20,000 nt of DNA from Myxococcota bacterium (GTDB lineage Bacteria > Myxococcota_C > UBA6777). The position numbers and the translations under genes were made by a program. The notes under the pieces are model-generated. The model saw only the letters and a program-made list of their open reading frames with translations, made no database searches and had not been told where the DNA came from. Where the stretch lies: the NCBI GenBank assembly GCA_023150835.1, contig JAKLKB010000010.1, forward strand, positions 61,036 to 81,035, given 5' to 3'. Shown here piece by piece: positions 15,608-20,000 of this stretch (position 1 is the first letter of the stretch; each line of letters starts with the position of its first letter).

Positions 15608-17866
15608 TTATAGAGCAGAGAGGGCGAAGTCATCATCTCGCCAAGGGAGGGGAGGAGGGGGAGTGCGTTGTTCGAGGCGCCAACCGAGGCGGCAGTAGCG
15701 TTTGCGGATCTGGTCGTTGCGGACGGCCAATTGGAGGGCGCGTTCATCACCGACGAGGATGACGAGGCGTTTTCCGCGTGTGAGGGCGGTGTAGAGGAGG
15801 TTTCGCTGGAGCATGACGTAGTGCTGTGTAAAGACAGGGATCACGACGGCGGCGTATTCGCTGCCTTGGCTTTTGTGTACGCTGACGGCGTAAGCGAGTG
15901 TGAGGGCATCGAGTTCGTGGCGTTCGTAGGTGATCTCGCGTTCTTCAAACATGGCGGTGATTTGGGCGTTTTCGGTATCGATATCGACGATGAATCCGAC
16001 GTCTCCGTTAAAGACTTCTTTGTTGTAGTCATTGCGGGTTTGGAGGATGCGATCACCCGGGTAGAAGCGGTTTCCTGAGAAGTCGATGTGCTTTTTTTGG
16101 TGTTTGCAAAAGTGTTCTTGGAGGAGGGTATTGAGGTTTTTGACGCCGACATCGCCTTTGTACATGGGGGAGATCACTTGGATATCTTTGAGGGGATCGA
16201 TGTGAAAGCGTTGAGGGATGCGTTGGGTGACGAGTTCGCGGATGGTTTGTGCGCCTTGGAGGGGGTCATCGCGTTGGATGAAGTAAAAGTCGAGGAGTTG
16301 GTCTGCGGAGGCTTTGGGGAGGATGGGAAGCTGGCCTTGATTGATCAGGTGGGCGTTTTCGACGATCAGGCCATTTTCTTTTTGTCGGAAGATCTGGTTG
16401 AGGCGCGTGACGGGGATCTCGCCGCATTGCAACAAATCGCGCAAGACATTGCCGGGTCCAACGGAGGGGAGTTGATCGACGTCGCCGACGAGCAAAAGCT
16501 GTGATCCCGGTTGTACGGCGCGAATCAGTGCATAGAAGAGATAGATATCGAGCATGGAGACTTCATCGACGATCACGATATCGCCTTCGAGAGGATTGTC
16601 ACGGTTGCGTTGGAAGGAGAACTCTTGGGGGGAGAATTCGAGGGTGCGGTGGAGGGTGCGGGCGCTTTGTCCTGTCGTTTCGGAGAGTCGTTTGGCGGCC
16701 CGCCCTGTGGGTGCGGTGAGAAGGACGGCGCGATCTTGTCGGCGGGCGAGTTCGCAGACAGCGCGGATGATGGTGGTTTTTCCTGTGCCGGGTCCGCCTG
16801 TGATGATGGAGACGGAGTGAGCGAGGGCCATTTTGATGGCGTCGATTTGGGCGGTGGCGAGGGTGATGTGGTTGTCTTTTTGGAATTGGGTGAGGACGGC
16901 ATCGACGCGGATGTGGCTAGAGGGAGGGGGGATATCGAGGACTTCGCGGAGTCGATGGACGGAACCGCGTTCGCAGGCGGCGAGGACGACGAGGTAGACG
17001 GCGGTGTCGTTGTCTTCAAGGGGTTCAAGGGAGATCTCGTCGTTGGCATCGAGATAAGCGATAGCTTGTTCGAGGGCGTCGTGTGGGATCTTGAAGTTTT
17101 GTTCGATGCTTTGGAGGAGTTCGCTGCGGGGGACGTAGACGTGGCCTTGATCGCTGTAAGATTTGAGTTGGAACAAGATGGCGGCGCGTGCGCGAAACGC
17201 GCTATCTGCGGGGATTCCGAGAGACTGGGCGATCTGGTCGGCGGTTAAGAAGCCGATGCCACGTACATCGGTGGCGAGGCGGTAGGGATTTTCGCGGACG
17301 GTTTGGATGGCTTGGTTGCCGTAGGTTCGGTGGATCATGTAGGCGTGGTGTTGTGAGACGCCATATCCTTGGAAGTAGACCATGACTTCTTTGAGGAGGC
17401 TGGCTTCTTCCCAACCGGCGCGGATGCGTTCGGCAGAAACGGGGCCGATGCCGGGGACTTCGGTGAGGCGCTGGGATTCGTACTGGATCACGCGCAGGGT
17501 GTCGATGCCAAAGTAGTTGACAAGAAGCTCCGCTTTTTTGGGGCCGATGCCCTTGACCATCGATCCGAGATAGCTGCGGATACCCTTGATGGTTTCGGGC
17601 AGGTTGCGTTCGTAGTGGGCGACTTGGAACTGTTTTCCGTAGCGGTTGTGATCGGTCCAATGGCCGTGACAGAGGACTTCTTCGCCAAGTTGGATCGCTG
17701 CAAACTTTCCGACGACCGTGACTGGATCGTTGTGCCCTTCGGCTTGAAGGGCCAAGACCGTATAGCCGTTTTCTTCGTTGTTGTAGACGATACGATGCAC
17801 AGAACCGCGCAGGCTTTGTTGGAGTTGCAACGACAGGGGATTTTGGGGCGGCGACGTTTCTAACAC
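15608..17866 (-). CDS. recD2: ATP-dependent RecD-like DNA helicase (RecD2)
   Basis: N-terminal OB-like region, HhH motifs (VKGIGPKKA, VPGIGPVSA, VRGIGFLTAD), Walker A GGPGTGKTT, APTGRAAKR, VDEVSM, VGDVDQLPSVGPG, FNGDVG, HKSQGSEY, YTALTRGK. Start placed at GTG 17866 with GAGG RBS. Confidence 0.93.
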   Translation of the reverse strand: MLETSPPQNPLSLQLQQSLRGSVHRIVYNNEENGYTVLALQAEGHNDPVTVVGKFAAIQLGEEVLCHGHWTDHNRYGKQFQVAHYERNLPETIKGIRSYLGSMVKGIGPKKAELLVNYFGIDTLRVIQYESQRLTEVPGIGPVSAERIRAGWEEASLLKEVMVYFQGYGVSQHHAYMIHRTYGNQAIQTVRENPYRLATDVRGIGFLTADQIAQSLGIPADSAFRARAAILFQLKSYSDQGHVYVPRSELLQSIEQNFKIPHDALEQAIAYLDANDEISLEPLEDNDTAVYLVVLAACERGSVHRLREVLDIPPPSSHIRVDAVLTQFQKDNHITLATAQIDAIKMALAHSVSIITGGPGTGKTTIIRAVCELARRQDRAVLLTAPTGRAAKRLSETTGQSARTLHRTLEFSPQEFSFQRNRDNPLEGDIVIVDEVSMLDIYLFYALIRAVQPGSQLLLVGDVDQLPSVGPGNVLRDLLQCGEIPVTRLNQIFRQKENGLIVENAHLINQGQLPILPKASADQLLDFYFIQRDDPLQGAQTIRELVTQRIPQRFHIDPLKDIQVISPMYKGDVGVKNLNTLLQEHFCKHQKKHIDFSGNRFYPGDRILQTRNDYNKEVFNGDVGFIVDIDTENAQITAMFEEREITYERHELDALTLAYAVSVHKSQGSEYAAVVIPVFTQHYVMLQRNLLYTALTRGKRLVILVGDERALQLAVRNDQIRKRYCRLGWRLEQRTPPPPLPWRDDDFALSAL

Positions 17867-18125
17867 GGTTCTTCCTCGATCTGTTCTGAGAGGAAAGCAG
17901 GTTGGTTTGTGGGCGGTCTGTATCCTAACGCTTGCGTTGCGAAGTGGCAAACCCTGCAAGAAAAAGAAAAGGCCGACAGGTGGCTTTGTTTGCGTGGCGT
18001 GTCGGTGTTTCGGTGTGTTGGGAAAATGGAGGGTGTTGTGCGCAAGGTTTTGTGGACGAAGACAGTTCTGAGGAGCCTAGCCGTGACGTGTGACGCAACG
18101 TGGCTTGCTGCTCTTGGCTCTCGTC

Positions 18126-19553
18126 TTATCGGCGTTTTTTGCGGGGGACGATTTGATAGGGAGTCATCTGGGGGGAGTATTCTTTGAGTTCGATGGAGAA
18201 GTTGAGGGGGATCTCGGGGTGAAAGGAAGCGATGAGAGCGGGAGTGATCTCGACTTGGATATCGTAGCGCATGGGGCGGAGGGAGATGGGGCCTTGGTAG
18301 CCGAAGAAGCGGTCGAAAGTGGGGTGGAGGGGAAAGCTGGAGCGATATTTTCCGTAGGAGGATTGCCAGTACACAAAAGCGTTGAGTTGTCGGCTGGGCA
18401 TCAGGACGCCCGAGCGTTTGTCTTGGAGGAAAGCGACGATCTCGCCGTTGCTAGGGCGATAGAGGTGTCGTGGTTGGAGGTTTCCGAGATTCCATCGAAA
18501 GACCTGTTGCGGGGGGACAATGGCGAAGCCGAGGCGGTAAGGTCCGTTGTCTTGCCAACGTCCACCGACAGCGGCGAGGGCGTTGAGAAGGTCGATGCCG
18601 CCGCGCCAAGCGAGGGCAGGGGGAGCAGGGACAGCAGAAAACACCAGTGTTTCGTTTTGAAGGGTGGCGGGGAATTGAAAGACGGCCCCCGAACGAAGGT
18701 CGTTGTAGGTTTGTGAGGTGCGAGAGACAGGGAAAGGAGAGACGGTGACTTGGAGGATGAGGGGTTGGTTGTTGGGGAGGGCGAGGGGGAGAACGAACGC
18801 GGGGTAGCCATCCCAGATCGGGTGCATCTTGTAGCTCCAGCGTTGTTTTTTGGTTTTGGCGTCGAGGAGTTCGAGCGAGACGTCGGTGTTGCTGAGAAAG
18901 TCGCCTGTTTTGCTGTGGCGGAGGACAACGCGGATCATCTTGGTGGCGTTGAGCATATCGGGGATGCGCTTGATGCGGAAGTTTTGTCGGGGGGTTTGGA
19001 AGAGTTGGTAAAGAGCGCGGGGGGATTCGACGCTCAAGCCGGCGCGGAGATCGCCTTGAGCGGCTTCAGTGGAAAAGCGGGCTTGGACTTGTTCGGAGGT
19101 GCGGCGGTAAGCGTCGAGGATGTTGGGGACGACGGAAGGGTCGGCGAGATGGATATCACGGATCAGGTGATAGACTTCTTTTCCGAGCAGGGCGGGGTGA
19201 TCTTTGGCGGCGAGGTGTTGTTCGATGGCACCGATGCCTTGGCTGAGGCGTTGCGCGAGGGCGGGTTGTGCGATTTGAAAGGCTTTGTACGAAGCACTCA
19301 GGCGGATCTGGGCTTGTTTGAGGGATTGTGTTGCATTGTGGTACGCGGTCCAGCTACGGATCTGTCCGAGGTCATAAGCGCTATGGTAGGCGTCTTGGGT
19401 GGCTTGGGTGTGTTGGATCATCTGTTCGAGAAGAGCGCGTTGTTCGGTGGCTGCGAGGGGAGGGGCCTCTTGTGCAGCAGCGGGTCGCACAAACGCCCAC
19501 AGCAAGGCTGTGACAAGCAGAGGTATCCAAAAAAGGGTTAGTTTTTGTTGCAT
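18126..19553 (-). CDS. Secreted hypothetical protein: helical N-terminus plus two tandem beta domains resembling degenerate P19/Tp34 (Fe2+ transport) folds
   Basis: AGGAG RBS; Sec signal ending in AAA-Q; internal repeat GDLRAGLSVESPRALY...VVLRHSKTGDFL...MHPIW...LQVTVSP vs GPYRLGFAIVPPQQVF...AFLQDKRSGVLM...LHPTF...IQVEITP. The CDS is well supported; the fold call is tentative. Confidence 0.6.
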   Translation of the reverse strand: MQQKLTLFWIPLLVTALLWAFVRPAAAQEAPPLAATEQRALLEQMIQHTQATQDAYHSAYDLGQIRSWTAYHNATQSLKQAQIRLSASYKAFQIAQPALAQRLSQGIGAIEQHLAAKDHPALLGKEVYHLIRDIHLADPSVVPNILDAYRRTSEQVQARFSTEAAQGDLRAGLSVESPRALYQLFQTPRQNFRIKRIPDMLNATKMIRVVLRHSKTGDFLSNTDVSLELLDAKTKKQRWSYKMHPIWDGYPAFVLPLALPNNQPLILQVTVSPFPVSRTSQTYNDLRSGAVFQFPATLQNETLVFSAVPAPPALAWRGGIDLLNALAAVGGRWQDNGPYRLGFAIVPPQQVFRWNLGNLQPRHLYRPSNGEIVAFLQDKRSGVLMPSRQLNAFVYWQSSYGKYRSSFPLHPTFDRFFGYQGPISLRPMRYDIQVEITPALIASFHPEIPLNFSIELKEYSPQMTPYQIVPRKKRR

Positions 19554-19577
19554 GATCGGCTCCTATGGGGTGAGGGG

Positions 19578-19686
19578 GTTGTCTGATCGAGTTGAGCGAG
19601 TACGATGCCTGCGACCCGCCCGTCTTGGGTTGTGGCGACACCGACGATGTTGTCTGATCGAGTTGAGCGAGTACGATGCCTGCGAC
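19578..19686. repeat. Two identical 38-bp direct repeats with a 33-bp spacer (CRISPR-like geometry)
   Basis: GTTGTCTGATCGAGTTGAGCGAGTACGATGCCTGCGAC at 19578-19615 and 19649-19686; spacer 19616-19648. Confidence 0.9.
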
Positions 19687-19758
19687 GGCAAAGAACGTAC
19701 CATACTCAAAAGAGGCGTTGTTGGGTAGGGCGTTTTGTGCGAGGGATGGAGTAGAAAG

Positions 19759-20000
19759 ATGGCTTGGTGGGCGTTGGTTGCGGTGGCATCGGTGGGCTTG
19801 GCGTTGTTGGGGCTGTGGCGCGAGCGATCGCGTTGGCGTGTGTTGGAGAAGGCGTCCGAGAGTCATTTTTTCTCAACACGAGACGGATGGGAAGTCGCCT
19901 TGCATCGTTATCCTGCGAAGCGTCGTCGATCTTCGGTTCCCGTGATCTTGTTTCATGGGGTGGGATCGAATGAGCGGGTGTGGTCGTTGGGGGGGGAGGC
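19759..20000 (+). CDS. Alpha/beta hydrolase with N-terminal membrane anchor (partial, runs off the right edge)
   Basis: Not in the ORF track. GGAG RBS, then MAWWALVAVASVGLALLGLW...STRDGWEVALHRYP...PVILFHGVGSNERVW, the typical T-x-D-G...PV(I/L)LxHG start of lipase/esterase-type hydrolases. Confidence 0.8.
   Translation, partial: MAWWALVAVASVGLALLGLWRERSRWRVLEKASESHFFSTRDGWEVALHRYPAKRRRSSVPVILFHGVGSNERVWSLGGE

Noticed and set aside
19717-19750. Possible degenerate third CRISPR-like repeat starting GTTGTTG
   Set aside because: Similarity beyond the first 5 bases needs several gaps in G/T-rich sequence.

Overview
Gene-dense bacterial chromosomal window (moderately high GC; the Cys-rich lipoprotein content suggests a Myxococcota/deltaproteobacteria-like organism, which is inference only). 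Left to right: two coupled membrane-anchored sulfatase/LTA-synthase-superfamily genes (one YejM/PbgA-like with an extra C-terminal beta domain, one truncated by the window edge); a membrane-anchored clan CD (C13/caspase-like) peptidase-PDZ-TlpA thioredoxin fusion; ackA; a PQQ-type beta-propeller lipoprotein; a Cys-rich lipoprotein with 5 pacifastin/vWC-like and 4 Kazal-like modules; a RluD-type pseudouridine synthase; malQ; an Sqr-like flavoprotein lacking both catalytic cysteines; recD2; a secreted protein with two degenerate P19/Tp34-like domains; and the start of an alpha/beta hydrolase. The intergenic DNA holds two dispersed repeat families that the ORF track does not show: a ~125-130 nt structured element in three diverged copies with compensatory base changes, and a GTAG-type REP-like element at three loci. 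There is also a CRISPR-like pair of perfect 38-bp direct repeats with a 33-bp spacer. No transposase, cas, tRNA or rRNA genes were seen. All calls are from manual motif recognition; no searches were run.
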